Of a stretch of DNA of 64,000 nucleotides, positions 21,964 to 30,987 are shown in pieces (the first letter of the stretch is position 1; each line of letters starts with the position of its first letter). The position numbers and the translations under genes were made by a program. The DNA is taken from the NCBI GenBank assembly GCA_963756865.1, contig CAVWPQ010000020.1, positions 185,898-249,897 on the forward strand, read 5' to 3'. The notes under the pieces are model-generated. The model saw only the letters and a program-made list of their open reading frames with translations, searched no databases and was not told the origin of the DNA. This DNA comes from an uncultured Actinomycetota bacterium. GTDB taxonomy: Bacteria > Actinomycetota > Actinomycetes > Mycobacteriales > Mycobacteriaceae.

Positions 21964-22679
21964 CTGGCGAGGCCTCCTGAGTTGGGCTGTGATGTGCAGC
22001 ACTCAGGAATCTATGCCGGAAAATTCATGTAATTCTCAGGTTCCACAGTGACGTCATCAGTGATTGTTGCAAACGCAATAACTCTTCTTATGTTTGCGAA
22101 GTAGCTATCTATCGGTCCGCCCTGGCAAATCAAGCGACTGCGGCAAACCTCGGAGGTTTCACGGGACACCCGCCTCCGCCTGCGCCAGCGGTCGATCCGA
22201 GGCGTGCGTCGTTTCGGTACATAGAACCGAAGTGAGGTGCTGAAAAGCTCAGTATGCGAAGAGATTTGAACCTACAGTGATTTCTCGGCAGAAAAGGAGG
22301 CGGCCAGCGAATCGCGAATTCCTGCCAATCGGCGAGGAGGCAGCTAAGCGCCATATGCATCATGCGACACAGTGCTAACAGTGCAGCGAACGTGTCTTAC
22401 GATAAAGGATTCATTGCCGAAAAGGTAACTGACGCTGCGGTCAATTGATGATCAGGGTCGCAGTTTAGGGTGGTTCCAAAGGTGTGCGACACGCCGCACC
22501 AGCAACATACGGCGGACTTCTCCAGCAACCTTGACGAGCGAACACGCGTTTGGGTCTGCTCTACCGTCGGTCCGTACCGAACGCTGCCGGCGGTGCGCCC
22601 GGCAAGTGGTGATGATGCGTACAACGCTGTCCGCCAGCTCGCCCGTGGCGCGCTGGTAATCGCCCCCCGGCAGACTCGC

Positions 22680-23637
22680 CCGTAGACGATCCGCTGTCAG
22701 GCTCGTTCTCGGCATCTGCGCCGTTATCTCCGGACCGGTGCCTTGTCGGTCTCCGGCGAGCCGCTCCTGCAGGTCCTTCAAGCGCTGGTTGATGCGTTCG
22801 CTCATCCGGTTGAGGATCTGGCCCGGCCGGAAGGCTCGATTCGCGGGGAGGTTGCGGCTTGGCCTCGACGACGGTGTTCCCGCTGACTATCTCGTTGTCC
22901 GCGGCTTCCTGCGTCGAATCCACAACAGCGGCAGGATCTTCCGCCGCTCCGTCGCGTCGGTAGCCCGGGCCTCATAACGAGGGTCTTCATTAATCGGCAC
23001 TGGCGCGTTCGTCGCTGCATCAAGAATCGGGATCAACGAATTCTCTTCGAACACTTCGTGGATGATCGAATTCCCGATTGCCTTGGCAGGTCCCGATGAT
23101 TACGGCGTTCAGCGACGCCGCGGCAAGCCGGCGGATCGCGTCATCCGGCGCAAGGGTTCCGGCTTCGACTTGCGCAGCCATGTCCGTTATCGCCGTGGGC
23201 GCCGTCCCCACCTGTTCGATGAAGGCGGTCCCCGCTTCGCCGAACCCCGAACCGATGACTGCGAGTGCGCGAAGAAGTCCCGCCGTGGTTTCCGGAGATG
23301 TTGTCTTCAGTCCGGTCGACGGCGTGGAGATGGGAGTGACAGCGAGGACGCTCAGCGCCAGCACCGGGTCGGAAGCAACGGCGTCGGTCAATAGAACCGA
23401 ATCGGTTTCCGAGTTCGCCCCCACGAGCTTGGTGAGCAGAGACTCGAGGCTGGTGTCGGACTGTTGCCGTCCTGAGGCGGACACCGCTGCTGGCTCGAAA
23501 AACGCGCGATTCAGAAGATCGAGATCGTCGTGACCGGATGCAAGGTCAGTTGAGGATACGCGAATGTCGTTGTACGGCGCCAAGACTGGATTTATCGCCA
23601 TCGTTGTCGCGGCAGCGAGAATCAGCCCAGCAGTCAC
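22680..23637 (-). pseudogene. Degraded exported family protein, paralog 4
   Basis: TAGLILAAATTMAINPVLAP leader; acidic/Pro-rich tail and ERINQRLKDLQERL helix in shifted frames. Ends approximate. Confidence 0.5.
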
Positions 23638-24358
23638 TGCCCAATGTGGTGCCCGCGTAGCAAACCCCGGGAGCCGTCACCGGTCCCGGGGCCGCTACCT
23701 CCCCCAATTCCCCCTGCTACCTCCGCCGGATGGTTCTAGTCGACCTGTCGCTAGCCGTGATGACCGACTTCTGCAGATGCCTCCTGGTACAGGCCTCCGC
23801 CTCTGTAGAACATCTATTTAGTTTCTTCCTCGGCCTGCTCTCGAGTTTGCTCTGCGCAATCTAGCACCATAAGCTTCAAGATCGGAAGTGGACAATCAAG
23901 AGATTCTGAGAATTCGCTTTTTGCGAACGATCGCCACACCACCAAAGGGGCTGACTGACATCGAGTTGCGAGCAGTTCGAAGGCTGACCCCGGGTCGTAA
24001 AGTACTTATTAGGCCTGTGAGCTGCTATTAGTCGAGCGGGGTGACGCGCCGCCGCGATCGCGTTCAGCCTGTGAGGCCTGCGCGTAGGCATTCTCGATAT
24101 CGGCCGACGATCAAAGTTTCATGGTGCGATCATTCAACATCTGAGCCTCGCAAAAGTGATCATGGGAGAGCCTGCAGATTGAGAGCACAGTTTGCGGCAC
24201 GGCCCGTATCCGATGCTGGCAAACTAGAAATCGCTGAAATCCTGAGAGGGCCAACGGAGAACTGCTTTCAGCGACCAACGCAGCGAAGGCGTCGTTCTGT
24301 CAGATGGGGAGTGCTGGCTGGGCGTCCCACGACCAGAGCGCACACAACGGGGGCCGAT

Positions 24359-25103
24359 GTGTCTGATGTCGAGACTGACCGTGTTGGTGCGGGCCCGTAC
24401 CCGGTTGGGAATGTTGCACTGCCTGTGAGAGACGTCGGCAGGCTCCTATTGCGATGTGCCGACCGGCCTGGACTCGTGGCGGCGATAAGTCCTTCCTGGC
24501 CAAGAGTGGTGCCAACATGTGTCTCTCGAACAGCAAGTGATGGTACCCGCGGTGGAAGTTCATGAAACGCACGAACTGTCACCTACCGGGGCTGGCCGCG
24601 GCGCGGGATAGATTGGACTCCGACTTCGTCGAGATAATCGCGGGTCCGTTCGGCATGGACTCAAGCTCACCGAGGCCGCCAGACCAAAACGTGTCGCGAT
24701 CATTGCGTCAAAAGACGACCACTGCCTACTCGATCTTCTATGGCGAAACCGTCGGGGCGAGCTCGACTTGCAGATCGTGAAAACGCGATTCCTCGAGGCA
24801 GTCGGTTGCCCGTTGATGAACATCCATCATTCGTTCCTGCCGGCCTTAATCGGAGCGGCACCATACCGGCGAGCCAAGGAACGCGGCGTCAAGATGATCG
24901 GAGCGACCGCTCACTACGTGACTGCGGACCTTGATGAGGGACCGATCATTGAGCAGGACGTCGTGCGAGTGGACCACCGGCACGGTGTTGACGATCTGTC
25001 CAGGCTGGGTGCCGACGTGGAGCGTTCTGTGCTGTCGAGAGCGGTGCGATGGCACTGTGAGGACCGAGTCGTCCATTACGGCAACCAAACGGTCGTGTTG
25101 TAG
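24359..25103 (+). pseudogene. purU: Formyltetrahydrofolate deformylase relic (frameshifts and an internal deletion)
   Basis: LLLRCADRPGLVAAIS ACT start; [16 protein letters not shown]; [41 protein letters not shown]. Confidence 0.85.
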
Positions 25104-25734
25104 TGCGGACGGCGGTTCAAGATCGAGGCAGCAGAACCGAGATCAAAACTGAGTCGCGAATAGCAACCTAATTGATATTCCATCAAGTCTGAGCTGGGAT
25201 CTTGCTGTGAGAGTCAATGATCAATTGCTTCGCATAAGCAATAACTTGAGAATTACTCTGCCGTTAAGGACCGCAACAATTTGCACTTTCGGCAAAAGCC
25301 TGGCGGTAATGTACTGACAATTGTGTTAATTAGTTTGCGGGGTAGCCCGTCTAGAGCGGACATACTGCACGGTATGTAGTCGGCTAGACGATCTTGAACC
25401 GGAATTTCGGCAAACACCAGCCACCTGAGCTCAGTCTGAGAACAGACCGAAGCCCACACAGGTTGGAGCGCGTATTCAATACGTCAAAGTTGTGATTTCA
25501 GGCTAATAGCCGCTTGAGCTGCATGAATGATGCTGTCGACGGTAAGGCGGCAAGGGACGCCTTCAAGATCAAACCTGTGAAACTGGTTGCGCCCGTAGCA
25601 ACCGTGCGATCTTGAGCTACTTGCAGGAGAAAAGATTTCTCGCCCAAAATTCTGAAACTTTGACTGTATTTAAGCCTTTTAGTGATACGTTGCTGACGCT
25701 TGGTTGTAGGCCTAACAACTTGAAGGGGGATCCG

Positions 25735-27186
25735 ATGTCCAAGCATCGTAAAGAGGTAACAACCCGAGGTCGGCACTGTCCGGTAATGCCCATGATGATG
25801 GGTGGGTTTGCTTTCGCGGGGGGTGCGGCGATGTTGCTTGCAGGCCCCGGCGGGACTTCGCCTATTGCCGCGCTTGACAGCAATGACTCGAACATCCGCA
25901 CCGTCGAGTTCTCGGATGTGCAGCTCGTGCAGGACGAATGCTCGCTGGCGGATCCGGCGTGCGTTGTCGAAGGCTTCGGTGGCCTTGGCGCCGGCTTGTT
26001 CGATCCCGCTGCGTTCACCGGCGGATTCGGTGGAGGCGGTGCGTTCCTCGGACTTATCGGCCCAGGTGGTCTCCTGATTGGTGATGGGCTGGACGGTACC
26101 GACGCCTATGTCGATGAGGATGGCGTTTTCCACGCAGCGACCGCTGGTGGTAGCGGTGGGTTTCTGTTCGGCAGCGGTGGCAGTGGTGGCGACGGATTGA
26201 ACAATGGCTACTACTACGGCGACGCAGACGACGACGGCCGTCTGGATTACCACGCGACGCCCCAGACAGCCGGCAACTACACCACGTACCACGCCGCAAG
26301 CGCCGGTGCTAACGGTGGCAACGGCAGTTTGTTCATCGGCAACGGCGGCCAGGGTGGCTTCGGCGGCGATGACTTCAACCCGATCAATCCGGCGACTGGA
26401 GCCTTGGTGGCAGCCACCGGTCAGGCCGGCGGCAGCGGCGGCAGGGGTGGCTTCCTTTCCGGCAACGGTGGTGGAGGCGCTGAGGGTGGTGGCGCGTTTA
26501 CCACCGTCGGTGCCGCGACTGGCGGCGCAGGCGGCGCAGGCGGCGGAGGCGGCGCATTCGGTGTTGGCGGAGAAGGCGCTGACGGCGGTGACGCATTGAC
26601 TACGGATGCAACCACCGACACCGACCCAGATACGGCCGGTGTCCAGGCGCCGACAGCGACGGGTGGCAGCGGTGGCAACGGCGGATTCGGCGGCACGGGC
26701 GGCGGCGACGGCGGTTACGGTGGCGACGCGGACGCCGTCGGGAACGCTCAAAGCGGCCAGGGCGGCTCAGGTGGCGGAGCCATCGCCGGTGACGGCGGCT
26801 GGGGTGGCGACAGTGGCGATGCGTTTTCGGCCGCCGGAAGTGCCACGAGCGGAAACGGTGGCAACGGCGGTAGCGCCGTGGTCGCTGGCAACGGCGGCTC
26901 GGCTGGCAGCGCCGGCGACGCAGCTAACGGCCTCGGCAATAGCGCGGTTGCGGGCAACGGCGGCCTGGCGGGTAACGGCGGCTTCCTTGGCGGCAGCGGC
27001 GGTGACGGTGGCAACGGCGGCAACGCCGCTGGCGGTCCGGGTTCGCAGGCCGGCCTCGGCACACCCGGCGGCAACGCGGGCATCGGCGGGGAACCAGGGG
27101 AGTCGGGCGTGAATGGTGACGGTCCGGATGCGGGCACGGATCCAGATCCCACGCCGGACTACCGATACGCCGTGACCTTTGAATAG
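25735..27186 (+). CDS. Gly-rich PGRS-repeat protein with an N-terminal hydrophobic leader and no PE domain
   Basis: GAAGGGGG RBS then MSKHRK; GGxGGxGG / G(F/L)LxGNGG repeats; LIGPGGLLIGDG linker. Confidence 0.85.
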   Translation: MSKHRKEVTTRGRHCPVMPMMMGGFAFAGGAAMLLAGPGGTSPIAALDSNDSNIRTVEFSDVQLVQDECSLADPACVVEGFGGLGAGLFDPAAFTGGFGGGGAFLGLIGPGGLLIGDGLDGTDAYVDEDGVFHAATAGGSGGFLFGSGGSGGDGLNNGYYYGDADDDGRLDYHATPQTAGNYTTYHAASAGANGGNGSLFIGNGGQGGFGGDDFNPINPATGALVAATGQAGGSGGRGGFLSGNGGGGAEGGGAFTTVGAATGGAGGAGGGGGAFGVGGEGADGGDALTTDATTDTDPDTAGVQAPTATGGSGGNGGFGGTGGGDGGYGGDADAVGNAQSGQGGSGGGAIAGDGGWGGDSGDAFSAAGSATSGNGGNGGSAVVAGNGGSAGSAGDAANGLGNSAVAGNGGLAGNGGFLGGSGGDGGNGGNAAGGPGSQAGLGTPGGNAGIGGEPGESGVNGDGPDAGTDPDPTPDYRYAVTFE

Positions 27187-27209
27187 AGGTCCGTTGTACG
27201 GATAGATCG

Positions 27210-27253
27210 AAAGGTACGGGCGTCCACCGCGTAACGGGGGCGCCCGTACCTTT
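27210..27253 (+). terminator. Intrinsic terminator
   Basis: AAAGGTACGGGCG...CGCCCGTACCTTT. Confidence 0.8.
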
Positions 27254-27667
27254 GTGTATTGGTTCTCCGCCACCGCCCCTCCGGTCATGCGAGAGCGCAC
27301 GAATTAAGCTGTCTCCGTTTAGAATTCGTTCGAAATCAAGGATGGCTAGAGATAAGCAGCGTCTTGGGTTGTTTAGTTCATCTCAAGCGAGTTGCAGCGC
27401 CACAGCCCGCTCGCGTTACGCGTCGAAGCTGAGTCGTTGGCTTGCAATACCGTTGATCTTGGCTGACCAACGACGCCGTCAACGGATCGGAACCAAGACG
27501 GAATCCCACCCGCACGGATTTGCTGATCGCGTGCAGCGCAAGCAATTTTGGGCAGCAGCCATCGCGAAACGGGAACCGACGGATCGATAGAAAACTCGTA
27601 TCTCAAAATACGAGAAGTGAATCCCCCCTGGGTATTTCCGCCCCTTGCGGTCGCTAGTATCGCACAC

Positions 27668-28252
27668 ATGCCTGAGAACACGCCAGACCAGCCGGCCGAC
27701 CCATCCTCGTCGTCAAGGGGAGTTGCGGATGTCGGTTCGAGCACCACCGCAAGTTCGCCGTCCCGCAGGGAACCCGTCCGTGTGCAGTCGGCTCAGCCGC
27801 GCTGGATTGCACCGGTCGCACTGTTAGTCGCGGTGGTCGCCGTCGGGCTCGCTGCCTGGGCGCTATTGAGCAAGCCATCCGCCACCCCAGCCGGCGCTGC
27901 CGCTGCAAACTCGGAGGGTGACCCCAAGTCGAGCGTATGCGACACATTCAACGTGGTTACGAGTGCGGTAGCACTACAAACGCACAACGACCTCGGCTCC
28001 GATCCAATCCCGCAGGCGGCGGTAGCGGGCAACGCGCGATTGGCCTTGTTCGGCGGCGGCCAGTACCTCCTGACCAGCCTCCAGCCAGATACTCCAACAG
28101 AGTTAGCTGATTCTGTGCGGTCTTTCGCGAACAACCTGCAGGCTGTCGGGATGAATGCCCTCGCCGGGGTCACCAACGCAAACGGCGAGCAGGCGTCGCG
28201 CCTTGCCAACGCAGAACAGGATCGAAAGAAGATCGCCGACCTGTGTAAGTGA
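27668..28252 (+). CDS. Single-pass membrane protein with a two-Cys extracytoplasmic helical domain
   Basis: Disordered N-terminus, TM WIAPVALLVAVVAVGLAAWALL, VCDTF...AAVAGNARLAL...DLCK. Confidence 0.75.
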   Translation: MPENTPDQPADPSSSSRGVADVGSSTTASSPSRREPVRVQSAQPRWIAPVALLVAVVAVGLAAWALLSKPSATPAGAAAANSEGDPKSSVCDTFNVVTSAVALQTHNDLGSDPIPQAAVAGNARLALFGGGQYLLTSLQPDTPTELADSVRSFANNLQAVGMNALAGVTNANGEQASRLANAEQDRKKIADLCK

Positions 28253-28254
28253 GA

Positions 28255-28690
28255 CGCGTCCTGACGAACGCGGAACGCCCACGCCGCCAGACCGAAGCGC
28301 GTCGCCGTCATGGATCTACGGACCACGACTATCGGCACCCGCTTTGGCGAAACCGTCAAGACGAGCTGGACATGTCTGCAGCGGTGGTGATCGGTGAACA
28401 CCCCGATCTGGCCGGTTAAGTGCGCCCATTTTCGGGGTGCGCGAACTTATGTGCACGACGGAAAGCGTCAAGCACCTCGGCGTGGCGATCTGTATGTAGC
28501 GCAACGTGACCGGTGGCAGGCACGAAGACCGCCGCGTCATGTTGCTCTGTGCCACAGCGCATTACGTGACAGAGAACTTCGACGAAGAAACAATGGTCGA
28601 GCTAGGCGTCGTGCACCGCAGGAGCGGGCGGTTCAGCTGGTCTCGGCGGGACGCCGGGCGAGCCGGGCGCCCGTACCTCTATTTGGCCTA
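28255..28690 (+). pseudogene. purU: Second, more eroded purU relic
   Basis: RPKRVAVM, DH....LWRNRQDELDM and ATAHYVTENFDE fragments align to the first relic. Confidence 0.65.
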
Positions 28691-29524
28691 ACCGGTTAGG
28701 CGAACACGGAACGTCTTCGGCCAGTACTTGCCGGTGAGCACGTATTCGTCATCGCCGGCGAACGCGATGCCGTTGAGTACCTCGCCTTTGCCTCGTCGCG
28801 TGTCGTCGACCAGGCGCCTGGCGTCCACCATCGCGGTGATGTCGCCGGTCGACGGATCAATGCGGACGATTCGATCGGTCATGAAGACGTTCGCCAAGAT
28901 CTGTCCGTCAACACATTCCAACTCGTTGAGTCGTGTGAGCGGCTGGCCTTCGAAGGTGATCGACACCGATCCGGTCTCGGCGAAGGACGACGGATCGTGG
29001 AAGTGAAGCTGGTCGGTCCCGTCGCTGCGGATCAGCCGCTTCCCGTCGAAGCACAGCCCCCAACCCTGGCCGTGCACAGGCACTTGGCGCAGTGCTGCGA
29101 AGGTGGCTTTGTCCCACTCGATCGCGACACCGTTCTTCCATGTCAGCTGCCAGATGCGATCGCCGACGACAGCAACTCCCTCGCCGTAGAGATCCGGAGG
29201 CAGGTTCGCCGAGCGGAGCACCGCACCAGTTGCCGGCTCCAGTTCCCTCAGTTGTGACCTACCGAGCTTTCCTGTGCTCTCGTACATCCTTGGACCGTCG
29301 AACACCAGGCCTTCTGTGAATGCCGACGTATCGTGCGGAGTTCTCGCGACGATGGTTGGCACCAGCCTCGCCACAGTGGTCACCCCGGGCTCGGTAGGCG
29401 GGCTCGCGCCCCCAACCTCATTGCTGGTCGCCGCCTTCCCGCAGCCGGTGCCAGCTGTCAGCACCACAGCGACGGCGACCATCAACCATTTGCGCGCACG
29501 AATCGCCCCCAAGAATTCCCCCAC
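28688..29524 (-). CDS. Glutaminyl-peptide cyclotransferase (beta-propeller type), probable lipoprotein
   Basis: PHDTSAFTEGL, YESTG, GEGVA, WQLTWK, GWGL, LNELE, VLNGIA, TGKYWP. Confidence 0.9.
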   Translation of the reverse strand: MGEFLGAIRARKWLMVAVAVVLTAGTGCGKAATSNEVGGASPPTEPGVTTVARLVPTIVARTPHDTSAFTEGLVFDGPRMYESTGKLGRSQLRELEPATGAVLRSANLPPDLYGEGVAVVGDRIWQLTWKNGVAIEWDKATFAALRQVPVHGQGWGLCFDGKRLIRSDGTDQLHFHDPSSFAETGSVSITFEGQPLTRLNELECVDGQILANVFMTDRIVRIDPSTGDITAMVDARRLVDDTRRGKGEVLNGIAFAGDDEYVLTGKYWPKTFRVRLTG

Positions 29525-29569
29525 CTAATCCACATTAGCGAATTGCGCACGGACAGCTAAGGTCTGGCC

Positions 29570-30451
29570 ATGGCATCCGAAACTCCTCGCCTGCTCTTCG
29601 TTCACGCCCACCCGGACGACGAGACGCTGACCACCGGCGGCACCATCGCCCACTACATCGCCAGCGGCGCCGACGTTCACGTCGTCACCTGCACCCTCGG
29701 CGAGGAGGGCGAAGTCATCGGGGAGCGCTACGCGCAGCTGGCCGTCGACGCCGCCGACCAGCTCGGTGGATATCGCATCAGCGAGCTGACGAACGCCCTA
29801 CAAGCGCTCGGAGTCAAAGAGCCGAACTTCCTTGGCGGACCGGGCCATTGGCGAGACTCCGGCATGGTAGGCACTGCACCGCGGCATCGTCAACGCTTCG
29901 CCGACGCCGACATGCGCGAGGCGGTCGGCCAACTCGTCGCGGTCATCCGTCGACTCCGGCCTCACGTCGTCGTCACCTATGACCCCAACGGCGGCTACGG
30001 CCATCCCGATCACATCCAGGCCCACCGCGTCACCACCGAAGCCGTCGCCGCGTCGGCGGGCGACGACTACCCGGGCATGCCGTGGCAAGTGCCGAAGTTC
30101 TACTGGACCGTGATGTCCACAAGCGCGATGGGCGCCGGCCTCGAAAACATCGACGAAGTGCCCGACGGCTGGATCCGGGTGTCGATCGACGACGTCCCCT
30201 TCGGCTATCCCGACGACAAGATCGACGCGGAAATCGACGCGAGCGACCACCTGCCCGCCAAGATTGCCGCGCTGCGCGCTCACGCAACTCAGGTCACCGT
30301 CGCACCGAAGGGCGACTGCGGCGCGCTGTCCAACAACATCGCGTTGCCGATCGGACCCACCGAGCACTACATACTCGTCTCCGGAGAGCCCGGCGCCCGC
30401 GACCATCGCGGCTGGGAGACCGACCTGCTCGCCGGATTGAGTCTCGGATAA
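29570..30451 (+). CDS. mshB: GlcNAc-Ins deacetylase MshB
   Basis: [33 protein letters not shown]. Confidence 0.96.
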   Translation: MASETPRLLFVHAHPDDETLTTGGTIAHYIASGADVHVVTCTLGEEGEVIGERYAQLAVDAADQLGGYRISELTNALQALGVKEPNFLGGPGHWRDSGMVGTAPRHRQRFADADMREAVGQLVAVIRRLRPHVVVTYDPNGGYGHPDHIQAHRVTTEAVAASAGDDYPGMPWQVPKFYWTVMSTSAMGAGLENIDEVPDGWIRVSIDDVPFGYPDDKIDAEIDASDHLPAKIAALRAHATQVTVAPKGDCGALSNNIALPIGPTEHYILVSGEPGARDHRGWETDLLAGLSLG

Positions 30452-30505
30452 CCGGGAGTCACGGGTTAAGCTTCGACCGAGTGGCCGCGCACACAAAGGA
30501 CAGTC

Positions 30506-30613
30506 ATGGACCCGGATCTCGATCCCAACCTGCAGCACTGGCAGGACCGGCTGGACAACTTCCAGTGGGTGCTGGGGTCTTTGTCGTCAGTGCTCGACAG
30601 CATCCCGACCTGA
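30506..30613 (+). CDS. 35-aa small protein MDPDLDPNLQHWQDRLDNFQWVLGSLSSVLDSIPT
   Basis: AAAGGA RBS 5 nt before ATG; translated by hand. Confidence 0.7.
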   Translation: MDPDLDPNLQHWQDRLDNFQWVLGSLSSVLDSIPT

Positions 30614-30984
30614 GCCAGTCGCCCGACGACGCTCGGGCCCTACGTGCCGTCGTCCTCACCGTGCTCGCCGTCGACGGCGTCATTTCGGCCCTACTAGCCG
30701 CCTTTTTCCTGCCGCTTTCTATTGGCCACGTTCCATTTCCCATCAGCGCGCTGATCAGCGGCGTACTCAATGCCGCTCTTGTATGGGTCGGGATGAAGTG
30801 GACGTCGTCGCCCCGACTCGCCGCCCTGCCGCTGTGGACATGGCTGATGACGGTCGCCGCACTCACATTTCCCGGTCCAGGCGACGACGCGGTGTTCAGC
30901 GCGCAGTGGCAACTGCTGCTGCTGATTGTGGTGGGTGCGCTCCCGCCGGCGCTTCTGCTTTACCGGCGCACCCAGCCGCGTTAG
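30610..30984 (+). CDS. Four-TM membrane protein, Rv1171 homolog (start uncertain: CTG 30610 or GTG 30661)
   Basis: LAVDGVISA..FFLP..PFPISAL..PLWTWL..GPGDD; synteny after mshB. Confidence 0.75.
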   Translation: MSQSPDDARALRAVVLTVLAVDGVISALLAAFFLPLSIGHVPFPISALISGVLNAALVWVGMKWTSSPRLAALPLWTWLMTVAALTFPGPGDDAVFSAQWQLLLLIVVGALPPALLLYRRTQPR

Positions 30985-30987
30985 CGA

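Noticed and set aside
23664-23691. CCCCGGGA...TCCCGGGG hairpin before paralog 4 as a regulatory RNA
   Set aside because: Probably lies in the eroded 5' coding region; short GC stems arise easily by chance.
23900-24360. ZTP or THF riboswitch before purU
   Set aside because: I could not find the conserved elements by eye; an Infernal/Rfam scan would be decisive.
26100-27120. GGC-rich repeats as a CRISPR array or VNTR
   Set aside because: Degenerate codon-level Gly repeats of a PGRS protein; no identical repeat-spacer structure and no cas genes.
17059-29560. Prophage, ICE or IS-bounded island
   Set aside because: No integrase, transposase, tRNA or clear att repeats seen.
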